64,000 nucleotides of DNA, taken from Lama guanicoe (Eukaryota). Under the pieces are notes generated by a model. It made no database searches. It was not told where the DNA came from and saw nothing but the letters and a program-made list of their open reading frames with translations. Positions 14,458 to 28,500 of this stretch are shown here, one piece after another; within the stretch, counting starts at the first letter, position 1, and every line of letters starts with the position of its first letter. The DNA is taken from the NCBI GenBank assembly GCA_013239625.1, contig MU053561.1:3488283-3552282 (forward strand), read 5' to 3'. The translations under genes were made by a program, and so were the position numbers.

Positions 14458-14592
14458 TCAGGGCCTCCCAAGCTTTGACGTGCAGGGTCTGGTTCCGTAG
14501 GCTGGGACAGGGCCTGAGAACCTGCATTTCTAACAAGCTCTGGTGCAGTCAATGCTGACGGTCTGGGCCACAGTTTGTGTAGCAAGGGTCTA
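14458..14592. mobile_element. MER5A-like hAT MITE
   Basis: gggcctgagaacctgcatttctaacaagctc...gctgacggtctgggccacagtttg. Confidence 0.7.
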
Positions 14593-15799
14593 GGTTATTC
14601 CTCTTCTATATTTTTTCCAATGCTATGTTTTTCCATCTGAAATGACCTTCCCACTTCTCTCTAAACCCAACCTTTAAAGTTCAGCTTAAGTTCAGCCTTC
14701 TTTCTAAAGTTCAACAGACCACTGTGGACCACGCTGATGTCTCCTCTCTTAATTTCCAAAGCATTCAAAGGCTGTATTATTTACTAGGGAAATATTATTT
14801 TGTACCATTACTTAACAGTATAGAGATAATTCAAATTTTCTCTTCTAATGATCTATCATCTCCTGAGAAACCCTAACTTACCCTTCTACATCCTTTTAAG
14901 AAACCCAACGCACCACTGTGTCTCAGCCTATGATACACGTCATTAATTCCTTGCATGATAGTGTGGCAAAAAAAAATGATGATGGATTAAAAACCAGTTA
15001 CTCTGAAAACTAATCTTGGTTCCAACCACTGATTAAGACTTTGGACACGTTATTTGACCTGCATCTGTCACTCTCTCTATCTCCCAAATAAAATGGGAAC
15101 ACCACCACCTGACCACCTTCTGTTATTTCAGTTCAATTTTTAAGAAATCTTAGTATCAACACTTCGCAACACAGTGTATTATGAGCCTCTGGTGATAACA
15201 ATGATGAATAAAAAAATACTGTTTCCTTCTAAGCGCACACATTCAAGTGAGGACAACAAAGATGCCCAAAGCCATGAATACAAGGTAGGGATGGACAAAT
15301 GCTGTGTTAGCCCGAGTGGAAATGAGTTAATGAGAACACGAAGAAAGCAGACGTGACTTCCAACTAGGGGACTAAGGAAACTGTTGCAAATGTGACACCT
15401 GAGCCAGGCAGAGGAAGACTGCTAGGGGTCTATTCAACACAAAAACCAAGGAAGGAATTCTTAGGCGAAAGAAAGAGTCCAATCAGAGTCAGGGAAGTAA
15501 AGAAAATATTTTTAGCGTTCTTTCTAGAAGTATTACAGGGCAGGCTCAGCCTTCCCCGAACTTCAGTCCCCTGTGTGCCCCCTGCTGGGGTTTTACGTGC
15601 CCATTTCTGTTTTCTATTATGTACTTAATGGTCTGCTTTTAAACTGACTCAATTTTTTTTAAGTTAAGTAAATTTACAGAGAAATAAAATTGTATATCAA
15701 TACAACTCTAACTGGTCAGATGGAACCATCAAAAGAAACACCCTGTTACAATGCCAAGTGTTGGCTGGGACGTTTTTATGTAAGATGGGTCACAAGAGA

Positions 15800-16350
15800 T
15801 ATTTTCGGGCAAGATTTGGAAGGAAGGGAGAATGCAAAGGAGCAGCCATTGGTTTTCATGCTCAGAAGGTTGGGGCAGGTGTTTCTGTGCCTCACACCCA
15901 CTGCACTGTCACATCTTCGTTGCTTCACCTCATGGGTGTGACACAGCAGCTGGATCTGCTACTGATCCACATTGTCCTGGACCTTCCTTTAGCTTCTCTG
16001 ACTCTTGGGCCAGGTGTGTGTTCAGTTCCAAGGTGAAAGGCGTTTGCTTCGTCAAGGATGCAGGCAGTGAGAATGCACAGGTGCCAGTCAGTTCTGATGG
16101 GTTCCACATCACATCTTCCCTTCCAGGCTGCCTTCCCTGCAGACTTCAAGCTCCAACATCAGGTATCGAGGTCTTACAGGAACTGCCGAACCAGCTCCCA
16201 ATTGTATTGGATCAAATCCTCATAATAAATTATTCATTGGTTACATTTATAATCACGTACATACATACGATACACATACACACACATATACAAACACATA
16301 CATCTCCCTCCTAGGAGTTCTTCTGTTTCTCTGGCTGAACTATGACGCAA
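15800..16350 (+). mobile_element. MLT2-like ERVL LTR remnant
   Basis: 3' end pattern ccctgcagacttcaagctc...caaatcctcataataaat, then a (CATA/CA)n tract and ttctgtttctctggctgaac. Left boundary uncertain. Confidence 0.55.
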
Positions 16351-18829
16351 CCTTAAACCAACACGGCAGAATGTTAGCATTTATAAAGCCTGGAAATAGG
16401 TACATGTGTGTTTGTGATGTTACTCTCTGTACTTTGTTTGCAGTGTTTCATAATTCAAAAGACTTTTAAAACAAAACAAATGATGAATACAATAAAAGCA
16501 GAATATCGTTATTCAATTCTAACTAAGTAGTGTTTCTGCCAAAGTCTGAACCTTCTGTAATTCTGGTTCATTCCTTTTGTTAAAACAGAAGTATTTGCAA
16601 GTGTTTTGAGAAAGGCTAGAACCAAATGAGACTTTTCTTCTCAGATAAACAGAAGGGTAGAAGAAGAGCTGAAAAGGGATTAATCCTCTCCCTTTATGAG
16701 TTAAAGCTATTTAATACCATTTCCACATACCACCAAAATCCACCACATAGGCTGTTCTTTGGGATGCCAGGGAATGCAGAGAGAAGATCAGATATAACCA
16801 ACGTATGGAGTCAAGAGCAAAAGTGAGAGAGGGAAGAGGGCAGAGATATGTCTTCCTCTTGGACACTGCGGAGAAACGTAACGATAGGCGAGGATCTAAA
16901 ATCAATTCTAAAGTAAAAGGAAAGGGTGCCTAAGAAGTTCACACCTGGTACCCTCCATCTCATCCATAAAGCTGGGACAAAGAACGTCTGGGGAAAATGA
17001 GAGGAACAGAATCATCAGGACTTTGGGCTTGAGAAGAGGGGTACACAGTGGACTGGGAGAAGTGAAGGCCTGAGCCAAAGGCTGCCCACGAGCATGGGCC
17101 GTGGGAGCTCCAGGACAGTGAAAAAGAGAAAACCACCAACCTACTGAGAACTGAACAAGCCCGTCCTGGGATGGCCGTGCCCTGGAATGCTACGCTGCAG
17201 CCATTAAAAAACGGGGAGTTGTTCATTTGTGAGCACAGCAGAGACGTCCACAGTACTGCTGAGAGATGAGATCAGGTTAAGATACAGCTTTCTGTAAAAG
17301 CGACAAATGTACACATTTGTGTAATACAAAGCCTGGAAGGCTACCCGCCAAAACGTGAGGATGTTTTACTTCTGGCTGGTAGAAGTTCTGGTGATTTTTT
17401 TCTTTTCTCTTTTCTACGTCTTCTCTTTTCTCTACAACCACCATAAACTATTTGTTGAGTACCATATGACTCCCACCGATGTAGATGTTAGTTTCTGTTT
17501 GATCGTTTGGTCAAAGAAGTTCGAGAGGAGATTTCCAAGCTGATTGGACGGCTTTTCCTTCCAACGCAGACTCTCACCGTGGAGATGAGCCAAGCCAGTA
17601 TTCTGAAAACCCCAAGGTCAACGCTGACACAATGCCAACTAATTGCGGGGCCACTGGGCAACTTTAAGAGATCCTGAACTTGCAAAAAAAAAAAACATTC
17701 AACTTTTCTGATCCAGCCATTTCCAAGAGCACAGTGAAGACACTGCAGGAAGCCACCTGCAGCACAGCATCACGGCACTCAAGTCTAGTGTTCACATCAC
17801 CATATTCACATTGTCTGCCTTCATATTTTTAATGGCTTTCCTTGTGCTGTCTTGGAGGGCAACACCTTAGAGCACAGGTCAAGCAGCTGCGGGTGGCTCG
17901 GGCCAGGCATGCTACTGGGGGTTTGGGTGCTATAGAGGTGTCAGGCTAGTTGCTTTCAAAGGTACATGGCAGTTCTTGAGATGCTCCTGGCTCAAAGAAG
18001 CTCCCTAAACCTTCTGGAGGCCTCCTACATCTCCGTATCCTCCCCAGATGGAAATCTGAGGGTCTGATAGAGTTGCAGCTTCATCTGCTTTACACCAGGG
18101 GGCAGTGTCTGTCTATAGACAACAGTTTCCCTAAGGCCATGGTGTGGACAAGGGTAGCTAAGGTCTTCTTGACCAATGGTGCCCCACTCACACAAACTGA
18201 TGGAAGGAACACCAGGCAAAGGTTCCCCAGATTATCATCCACGCTCTGATCCATTGTGTGGGGGCAGGAAGAAGGAAATCTGAGGGTCAGCATGGCATAA
18301 AATTTGCTCAGACTAGCAGAGAACCCTGGTAGACGGTCACATGTTTTGGAGTCATGACAGAAGCTCTTACGAGTCCCACAAGTTCTCACCACGACTGAAC
18401 CCTTGGTGGTGGTGAGAATCCCCAAGGCATGAGGACTGGTCTTAATAACTGCTAGACGATGAGTTCTTTGCTAAGGTTTATGGTATGGACTTCATCACTC
18501 ACCTATGTTGAGAGGTTAGGACCACCAGCTATCCATCTCAGTGACACCTCATCAAAAGGTAACCTTCCTCAGAGTCTCATGGGGAAAGTGCACATGGAGA
18601 CAGATGCAAGCAGGTAGGAGCCATTAGCTGGGGTGATATTCCACACAAAGTTAGGAGGTAAAGCATCCTAACAGAACTCACTCTTCCTCACCCCTCCTGG
18701 GTGCCAAATGACCACAACTGCCAGCCATAACCAGTTAAAGGAATAGCAACAATTATTCTCATACAGTGAACTGTAAAAATGTAGCATTCTCTCCTAGGTA
18801 TGCAGATCTTTTATCATTAAATTTTTTTT

Positions 18830-19650
18830 TAAATTAAACACAGAAGAGCAAAACAAATAAAAGAAGATTCATGAACCCACCACAATTAACTAGTGGCATT
18901 TTATCGGATTTGCTTCAGATTTTTAAAATACAATGTTACAGGTCCAGAAGACGTCTCCCATGTATGCCTCCCCTGCGCCAGCCCCTCTCTGCCTTCCCAA
19001 GAGGCAGCTGACCTCATGAATTGCGTGTGGATCCACCTACTCCATGTGTTCACACTCCTACATGATTCATATACATTCATACGCCAAATACAGTACTGCT
19101 TCCTAGTTTTTAAAAATTTATAGTAAGAGTATATTTCACATTGTGTGTATGTCACACTGGTTATTTTTTCAGTTAACATTGTGTTTTAAGAGATTCATCC
19201 ACGTGTTTGTGCATAGATCTAGTTCATTCATTTTAACTGTTACATTCTATCAAAATTATAACACTCCTTAATTATCCGGTCCCTTTTTCAGAGTCATTTA
19301 GACAGTTGTTGATTTTTGTTATTACAAACAGTGCTGCAATAAACATCCTACACATATCTCCTTATGCACATGTTCAAGAGATGGTGTAGGACATCTACCT
19401 AGGAGTCCAATGCTGGTTGTCATTTTACTAGCCAGTGCCAAGCTGTTCTCTAAATGGGGTAGTTTCTACTCCTCATTTTCATCATACTTGTACTGTTAGA
19501 CTATTTACTGTTTGCTAATCTAATAAGTGTGAAATGGTGTTTCATAGTCATTTTAATATGCCTATCCCAGATGACCATGGAAGGTAAACATCTTTTCACG
19601 TGTTGACTGTTACAGTTTCCTCTTCGGCAGAATACCTGTTCAATCATTCT
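18830..19650 (-). mobile_element. Ancient L1 (L1ME-like) 3' region
   Basis: agattcatccacgtgtt...attacaaacagtgctgcaataaacatcc...tttgctaatctaataagtgtgaaatggt, typical antisense L1M 3' motifs. Confidence 0.7.
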
Positions 19651-20152
19651 ACTTTCTGAAACACAATGAAAAGATATTTATGGAGTGGATGATCTGAATG
19701 CTCTGGTAGTTCTAGGATCTGAAAAATAAGGTTGGGGCTATTAAAAGTTTCCATAAAAATAATGCACTCTGAAACACAAGAATACTGCATCTCAAGCTGA
19801 GGTTCACAGCAGTGTCACAATTCTGCTGGTGAAACTAATGCTTATTACAGGTTACATGTTCCTGTTGGTCAGTGGATGTTTTAAAGCCTGTGCAAATTAT
19901 ACAACAACCTATGATTCATAAGCCTGAGGAAAATGAATGACCGGGGGTCTCTGGCTTAGAACAAAGAAGCATGGTCCATTTCCACTTTATGTCCAAAGGG
20001 ATCAAGAAACAAAGAACTGTATTCCAGCCTTCCTCCAAACAGCACACACAGACACAAACACAAAACAGAGATGATGGCATCAACTCTGAACTGCGATTGG
20101 AAAATAGAAACAGTGATAAAGTAAACAGAATTATTCATATTTAAATACCACA

Positions 20153-20312
20153 GCGGGGTAGGTATAGGTCGGTGGCAGGGCTCATGCTTAGCATGCACAA
20201 AGTCCTGCGTTCAATCCCCAGTACTTCCATTAAAAATAAATAAATACAAGACTTTCAAAAAGACAGTAAAAAATAATAAGTAAAATTAAAAAAATAAAAG
20301 CAAAACTAAAAT
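20153..20312 (+). mobile_element. Vic-1-type SINE with TSD
   Basis: tRNA-like head (...gcttagcatgcacaaagtcctgcgttcaatccccagtac), A-rich tail, exact flanking repeat TAAATACCACA at 20142-20152 and 20312-20322. Confidence 0.88.
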
Positions 20313-22959
20313 AAATACCACAAGTAACTCTTACCCAAGGGACAGCCAGCATGTATATTTGGGGAGGAGGGTAAGAATTCTTCTAACTGCAAAACTGTAA
20401 ATCTTATTGCTTATTCATAAGACAACCAGTTTTACAAAAGGCAACTGTTCTCCACTAGCTTTTTGCTTATGTACTTTAAAACCACATTATCACCATTATC
20501 AGAGCCCTTGCATCTTATCACACTGAAGAGAAATCTACAAAATCTGCATCTAATCTTTACCTGTCTGAAAGTTGACCACTATGGAGATTCCAAAGACCGT
20601 GTGTGTCTGCGAGGAGTTGAAGGTGAGCCTCCGAGGCAAAGGAAATTGGATAGCGAGAATACTTGTGAGGAGCTACAGATGGTATCAATAATTCAAGAAA
20701 ACAGTTAACCAAATGACCTTTAGAGTTGGCTTGGAATGTGGTTTTGTCCTCTTAGTTTGAACCCGGATGTGTCTGAAGTAAAGGGAGTTAGAACCATTTT
20801 AAAAAATAATAACGGTCTTAGAAGGAAGAAAATGCAAAAGCAGCTGTAAAGTTGCCATCGCTGTTCCTCTAGGTTTGGATTTCTTCACAGAGGTGGGTCA
20901 TCACCAAACGGCTGGTGCAGAAAAGGCTCCTGTAGAGACAGAGGCCCCTTCTCCCTGGCAGCCCCATCTACAATGTGCAGGGGTCTGAAGGGGCCCCCCT
21001 TCTCCAGCAGAGCAGCTCTGCAGTTGGTGTGTACCTTCTCTGGGCACTGGCAGACACGGGATTTGGTTTTAAAAGCAGACAAACATCAATCTCCCTCGAT
21101 TTAAGCCAAGTCTGAAAAAGGCTTCTTACTTTTTCCTCTATTAGAGGAGGCAACCCCACAAGAATGATGAAAGCATCTTATTACAGCTGTGGAATGGGGC
21201 TCTCCAGGACTCACACCCTACAGGCCGGCTCGCCTGGCCTGAACCATCTCCAACTTGGTAGAGAGGGATTGTGCCTCTCACTGGGGCAACTGAGTCCTCA
21301 TCAACAGGTAACGGCTGTGAAGAATTCACTTCTACCTGGACCTAGGCACCTACTCTTTGGGGATCAGCACAGCTGCAGGGCACCTCCCCACAGACAAACA
21401 GTCACTCATTCCCAGCAGTCTAAGAGCAAGTTCTTCTTTGGTGAATACTGACCACATGTCAGGCAGAGTTCGGTGAACAAGTTCACAGTCATGGGCTTAG
21501 ACCTCTTTGGTACCAAAATCTAACCAACTAGACTGACCATAAAGAAAAGTAAGTGAAGGAAATTTAACAGATCCTGAACTCAGAACAGAGGCTTTTTCAG
21601 TGCCACATTCCACTCAAGACAAATTTATTAGAGGTCATGGATACCTGGCTAGGCAGGTGAGATGATGACACCGGAGGTAAGAGTGTGGGGACAGGGAGGT
21701 GGGATTACTCACAGGGAGTCATGTTCCTGAAATTCTTGGTGAGAAGAGGAAAAGAATTTTCTCAAAGTATTATAAATGAACAACAGACATCATAGTTATA
21801 ATTCTATCCTCTCTTCATTAAATACTCTGTTGTGATTTAGCACAAATACTTTTCCCCCACAGGAAAGTGCATTTAAAGCTAAAACAACAAACATAAAAGA
21901 ACTTTAGAATATTGCATATCTGTGAACTGACGACTTGTTTTGCTAGAGAAAGAACTGACTTCATCGATTAAGGCATCATTTGAATGGTTCTTCTGGCTGG
22001 TGATGAAATCAACCGAACTTTCAAACATTTTAATGCAAATGAGAATCACTAAGTCAAACTTTACCTTTCCCCTCACCCCCAATCTTCCTGTTGAGCAGCT
22101 GACTTATGCAAGGTTTAAGCAACTGTTGGACTGTTGGTTATAACCATGACCGCCCTCCCTTTCCCTCTGAATAATTATCATCACACGTTAATTGTAATTA
22201 TTTGTTTTAACTGTCTGCCTGCTTCACCGCACCCCCCATACAATGCAAACTTCACAGGAGAGGGGCTTTGATTTATTGACATTGTAGCCCCTGCTAAGCA
22301 CACAGTAGGCACTCATTAAATACGTGTTAAATGAAGGAATGAGTATCATGGCCGACTCATAGTAATACTAATAAAGGATTTGCGGATGAAATGCCTCTAG
22401 AATAAAAAAAGTAATTGATGTCAAATGGGCCATTTAAGCTGGCAAAGGAGGAGTAACTCTTGCCCAGCAAGGCATATTTGTAATGACCTCAAGCATATGA
22501 AAGCCACATTTTTAGGCTGGGGTGTGCAAACGGTCTCTGAAGATTCTGTACAAGGAAGAAGTCATTCCGTCTTACACTGCGCGTTGTAATGGCACTATCG
22601 ACTTTTATAAAAGTCTCAACCCAAGGGGGCTCCGAACAGAATGACCCAGCAGAACTTAACCAGAGAGAAATAAACCCTATGCATTGAGAGCCCCTGAAAT
22701 AGGGAGCCCCCCCCCGCCCAAATCTAGGAAAAGATGGTAAGTAGACACCAGCGCTGAAGGAGGCAGCTCTAGATCGGACCTTTTGTCAGAGGGTGATCAG
22801 GGCCCTCTCTGTGTTCCGGATTCCAAGGTGACAGTGCCACAGGTTAGAAATTCCCTTTCGTATTCACAGCGTATTACAGGTAACAACGGAATTCTGCATC
22901 TCGTACTAACCAGCTCATGGACTGGTGTCCCCTCAACACACTCCTTCCCCACTGGAAGG

Positions 22960-23650
22960 GAGGGGAGCAGGGCGCCTAACTGGCGAGGATCCGAGGCTTG
23001 GGCGGGCTCAAAGCTTGACAGGCCGGCCGGCGACCTTGGCGTTCCGGGGCCCCGGCCACCGCGCGGCGCCGCGCCCAGCGCCGCCCTCGCCGGGGTGGGG
23101 GGTGGAGGCGGGGGAGGCTCGCCACACCTGGGGTGTCTGCAGAGCCTCGGCATCCCGGCCAGGCGTTGGGGACTGGAGAGAGGGTACGTCTCGGCCGAGG
23201 CCAGCGGCCCGGACAACGGCGGGGGACTCACCTGCAGCAGCACGGCCAGCAGGAAGCACAGGTACATCTGGTAGATGCCCATCTCGCCCACCGCCTGGAA
23301 CGCCTCCTCCACCTCCATGGCGGGCCGCGCGCTCGGCCCGGCCCAGGCCCCGGCGGGAGCCCGGCGCCCGCCCGCTCTGCCGCCGCCCCCGCTCCGGCGC
23401 GGCCCTCAGGATCCGGGGGCGGCGGCCCGGGCGCCGAGGGCGTGCGAGGGCGGGGCGGGATCCCGGGTACCCGGGCCTCTGCGCTTCCTGTTAAAGATGT
23501 TTTTATGAGAGGGATGGGTGTCCGCCCCGCTTAAAGCGGGCAGGAAGAGGAAGTGGGCGCGGGCATAGGCATCCTCTCGGATGGAGAAACACGGGAAAGG
23601 CTGCTGCGCCTAAGCCGTGGGCCCTGCTTCGGGGCGGGGCACCTGATGAA
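22960..23650 (-). promoter_or_regulatory. SLC22A15: CpG island / TATA-less promoter and 5' UTR of SLC22A15
   Basis: Very GC- and CpG-rich tract spanning exon 1. GC boxes at 23448-23458, 23522-23527 and 23631-23640; tandem ETS-like GGAAG/GGAAGT at 23543-23554. Confidence 0.9.
23232..23318 (-). CDS. SLC22A15: SLC22A15 coding exon 1 (solute carrier family 22 member 15, MFS transporter)
   Basis: Translates to [29 protein letters not shown], the recognisable SLC22A15 N-terminus. ATG is in strong Kozak context (GCCCGCCATGG). Ends at a consensus donor CAG|GTGAGT (+ strand actcac 23226-23231). 87 nt, phase 0. Confidence 0.97.
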
Positions 23651-24049
23651 GACTCAGCATTATTTGTCCTTTTATACAAATCAGTTAAATGAGGGAAGTG
23701 GGAATGGGTTTTAGATCCTTCGGAGAAGAGTGCTCTTCAACATTTCTTTCCAGTCCTACTCTGTGTGGACTACTCTCTATGAACTCTGTGTGATCAGGTC
23801 ACAGGTAACCAAATTCGTGCAAAACCAGAGATACATTTGATTATAGAATTATCCACGAGGTACGAAGGAAATAGAAAAGAGGAAAGAATAATTTGTGGGA
23901 CACGATATGATGGCTGGCAAGGTGCTGGAAGGATAAATGGCAGTTTGCCAGGCGTGAAACAGAGGAGGATGTAGCAGGACGTCGGACGGAGTCTACCCGC
24001 CTTAAGCCCCCTCGTTCCCTTCCACCTCTTTAGGTTGGTTTTAACAACT

Positions 24050-25560
24050 GCATAGTATACCATTGTCCGGGCCATGGCCCCCAATTCAGTACTGAACAGA
24101 AGAGGTGACCAGCTAACGCTTTATCCAGGATTTTACATCTAAGAGTGAGAGAGGCCTATAATTTTCTTTCTTTGTTTTTTTGGTTACTGTTCTTGTCCGG
24201 ATTTGCCTGTAAGATAATAGTAGCTTAGTAAAATGAATTGGAATTGTTTGGTAAAACTCTTTAGACCATCTGGATTTGGCTTGTTTTGCACCAGGAGCCT
24301 CTTTATTACAGAGGTAGGTAGGTAGGTAGATAGATAGATAGGTGGATGTCACATATTTTTATGGCTTTCTGTTCTTGAATTACTTTTAGTTTTTTCTAGA
24401 AGTGTTTCTGTTTTTATCTGGTTTTCTATTGTTTTTGAATAAACTTTTTCATCTTGTTCTCTTAGGGTTTTTAAAATCATGCTCTAGCTGTATTTATGCC
24501 CCATTTTTTTAATAGTATTCATTTTTATCCCATTTTTATCAGTCTTGCTAGAAGTTTGTCTACTTTATTACTTTTTAAAGAACTAGGTTTTATTTTATGA
24601 TTTTTCTTTCTGTGTGTCTTAGGTCTCTATTTTGTGGATTATGTGAGTTATTTTCTTTATTTTTGTTAGTCTACAATTCTTTTACTACCTACATGACTTG
24701 AAAGTTTAGTTTTTTGCTTTCAGTTTTCCTTTTATAAGAATAATTATGCATAAGGCTATGCATTTCTCTCTGAGTACTACTTTGCTCTGTCCCACAAGTT
24801 TTGTCACGTGGTACTTTCGTTGTCTTTAGTTTTAAATAGTTCGTGACATTGTAATATTCTCTTTAACCAATAAGCTATTTGTTAGTGCATATTTTTTTAA
24901 GTTTCCAATTGTTGTTATTTTTTAACCATCTTTGTATTGTTGATTACTAAGTTAAATGCTTTGTTAATACAGAAGATATTAAATCTTGGAAACTGAATTT
25001 TCTTATGACCTAGTATGTGGTCATTTTAGAAAAGTGTGCTGAATGTATTGAAAATACTCTCCATTTGTTTGGGTGCAAGGTTCTCTGTATATTCAATTAA
25101 GCTCGTTAATTTTATTAAAGTAGTCTTTATTACTACTAGCTTTTCCTCTGCTGGATATGTGTTCTTAATAAATGTATCAAAATCTTCCAAAATTATTATC
25201 ATTTTTGAGTTTTTATCAAGTTCTCTTTTTATTTGTGAAAGTTCTTGAGAGTACCAGTCAAACCATTCTTTTCATCATGATCAAATGCTTCTTTTTTCTT
25301 TTAATGCTTTTTGTCTTAATTTTTATTTTGTCTGAATGTTAATATTGCTGCATCAGGTCTGTGTTGTTATTTTCCTTGTAATCCCTTTATTTTCATCCTT
25401 TCAGTTTTGTTGTATTCTAGGCATGGTTATGGAAGGAGGATTTTTTTTTTTTTGGTCTCTCTAATTTTGTAGTCTCTGTCTTTTAACATGTGTGTTAAAT
25501 CCATTTATGTTTATTGTGAATGATATATTTGGAATCATTTCTACTATTTAGTGTTTTGTG
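24050..25560 (-). mobile_element. Old L1 ORF2 fragments just upstream of the promoter
   Basis: Minus-strand KKENYRPLSLLD motif (L1 ORF2 KKENYRPISLMN-like) near 24130-24175; long T-rich antisense L1 texture. Confidence 0.8.
24312..24343. repeat. Compound (AGGT)n(AGAT)n tetranucleotide repeat
   Basis: aggtaggtaggtaggtagatagatagataggt. Confidence 0.9.
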
Positions 25561-28500
25561 TTTACCATCTTCTTTCTTTTTCCTTCCTGGCCATCTATGG
25601 GAGTCTTAAAGCCCTTTTTATATGGCCCCTCTCTCTTATTGCTATTTTTGGGAGCTACAGATTACATCATCATCATCATTATTATTACGCACTATTTGGT
25701 AGTCACTCAACATTTTAACATCCACATAACTATACACTGTTCTACAATGTTGGTAGTTATTTACCATATCTATTCTCTTTTCAAACTACATGAGATTCCA
25801 AGAATGGTTTATCTGAGAAAACTTAAGAGGACATAAAATGTTATGTTCTGGAAAACTTTGTTAGGTGACTCAAGAAGTGACTATTGTGGTGCCAAAACAC
25901 AGATGAAGAAGATTAATGTGAAGTGTTTTAATTAAAAAAAAAATTTCATTGTTAAGAAAAATTATCCTGCACTTTTGAAAGTAATAAGAAAGCAAGAAAA
26001 GGACTATATGTCTTTTCAAGTAGTAATGAAGCATTATTCAACAAGCCCACCCCAGGATTATTTAATTGTTCAATTCTGAAGGAAGATGTACCTGTGTTTG
26101 ACTTGGCTATTTGCTATGAATCAAAGTCCAGATACTGTGTATTTACAAGTAAATTTGTAGATTTTTGTTTGGTAGAGATCTAAATGATTATGTTTAATAG
26201 ATAATCTATTATTTCATTGCCCTCTAAAACACTAATTCATTTTGTATATAATCTAGCAATCTTATTTCAACATTTTTTTTCTAGAAATAATCAGTTCCTC
26301 AAATGCTCTTAGAACCAGCTTTACCGTGTTACTGGTACCTTCATCCATTAAAATAAAATTGTTGGCATGAGTTCATTTTGTTGTGGTGAGAGAGTCATAT
26401 TTTTAACTTTTGAAATTTTCCTTTGATATTATGATATGTGGGAGTGGAAAAATGATAAATCAATATTTTATGATGTATAGCAGAATTAATAAATTGAGTG
26501 TTAAGCAGAAATTGAGTTATTTCATCTTATTCCCTAAAAGTTAATATATTTTAAGTGAGCCAAAAACTTTTCTATATTTTCAGTGTTAATTCACATTATA
26601 TTGGAACATACATGCTAACAGCAGTTGGTTATTGTGAGAACAGAATATGCAACCTGGGATGTGTCAGAAATGAGGTCTATGGGTTGATAGAGGCCAAGTA
26701 TGCAGTGCTAAGGAGCTTCAACTTTTCCCTACAGTTAATGGGGACTGAAGTGGTTTTTAAGCTGGAGTGGTGTGATTTGTAAAAGATGATTGGCAGCAGT
26801 GGAAAATGCATATAATACCAGTTGAGACAGTGTTGTAAGCGCCCAGGCAGGACCCAGTGAGGGCCTGAGGGCTTAAACCAGGACAATGATAATAGGGATG
26901 GAGAAGTGAAATCAAATGTAAGTAAAATATGCAAAAATTGATAGTGATTCATTTTGCAAAAGCATAAGAGAAAGAAATCAGCAATGATCCCTATATTTCT
27001 GGCTTCAATAACTGGGAAAGGGAGGCAGTACTGTTAACTGAGATGGTGAGATAGGGAATGCAGAAGGTGGCGCAGGTTGGTGGTGAAGGATAGGTTGAAA
27101 GGTCTAAGACGGGAGTGGTGGAGCCCAGAGGCATTGCTATTTTAAATGGTCATTGCCACTTTAAGATCCTGCCCTTCCCCCTTAACCCACCCAGGTCCCT
27201 GCTGGATTTCCTTGCCCTAATTTACAGTCCCTGCCAGAGCTTCTGAGCACGCGCTGAAGGACGAGCTGGACTAATTAAAGCTCTCCTGAGGCTCAAGGTA
27301 TTGCATCTGTGGCTCTTAGCAAAGAGCTCCATTTTGAGAGCATGTTTTCTCCGTCTGACCATTCTTTTCTCATTTTTCTTTTTCTTAAGTCCTTTCCTCC
27401 CATAATTTTATAGTACTTGTATCTTTCTTTTTATAATCTAGGAGTAATGAACTTTTTTTTTTAAATAATAAAGTAAATAATGTTTAAATAGAGTGTCTGT
27501 CAAATATATACCTTTTGGGCTGTGAAAGGAAGAAAGCTTAACTTTAGCTGGTAAATTACATGAAGCTTTGAAGCAAATATACTCAATCACCATCATCTTT
27601 CTTTTATTATAAAACCTGCACACCTAACCACTGTGTCATTTCATGCCTTTTGCTTAATTGGTAATTTTGTGTCCCAGAAGGCTACTGAAATTTGGTGCGT
27701 AAGATAATAGACTTCATGTGTGTGAAGTGTTATTTCAGATCCTTGGAAATCAATGTTGTATACTAGCCTAAATGTACCCAGGGCTATTAGTGTTTTTAAA
27801 AAATCTGAAGAACATTTTTCCTTCCGCATAAACCTCTTCATGCTGAGATAACTCTTTATTGTTAGTATGTCACAGCAACATACCTCAGTACAGATAGCCA
27901 AAGTACCAAGACCTCTGTCAACATTAAGTTGATATAAACACAGCAAATACGATGGGAATGACCAGATCACAAGGAGGCCAGAATTTGTGGGCAGATGTCT
28001 GGGAGGAAGAAGCAAGAAGATAGAGGGAGAAAAAGCAAAAAAAAAAAAAAAAAAGTAAAAAGAATTAGCAGATTAGCAGTGAGATGGACGTGTCTTCATC
28101 ATCTGGCCTCTTAGACCAACAACTATCATTCAAAACCCATCCTTAAGTGAGTGAAAGTATATACTAAAATAGATCTAAATTTAATATGGAGAAATTGGCC
28201 ATTTCCACCCCTCAAACCTTAGCAATAAAACAAAAGAGTATGAATAGAGTTAGGTCTAAAATTCAGGAGGTTACAGCAGAGAGATGAAATATGAGGGAAA
28301 TTAGCCATTAATTAGGTTTGAATTTAGATAGTAGAGTGTTTTGCTTTCTGAGTCCAGTTTTACATGTTGTCCCAAGAGGCACTGAGCTTAGAATTATCTG
28401 TTTACAGGACATTCATTTAATTCAGAGATTCATTCCTGAGTGCCCAACTTTAATGAAAATGTCAGTGGTGGCGGTGCTGCTCTTACTACTGCTGTGCTAT

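Noticed and set aside
22783..23534. Several long overlapping ORFs across the CpG island, including the 173-aa extension of exon 1
   Set aside because: GC-rich DNA lacks stops; only the first 29 codons of the 22797..23318 ORF are exon, the rest is intron read-through past the GTGAGT donor.
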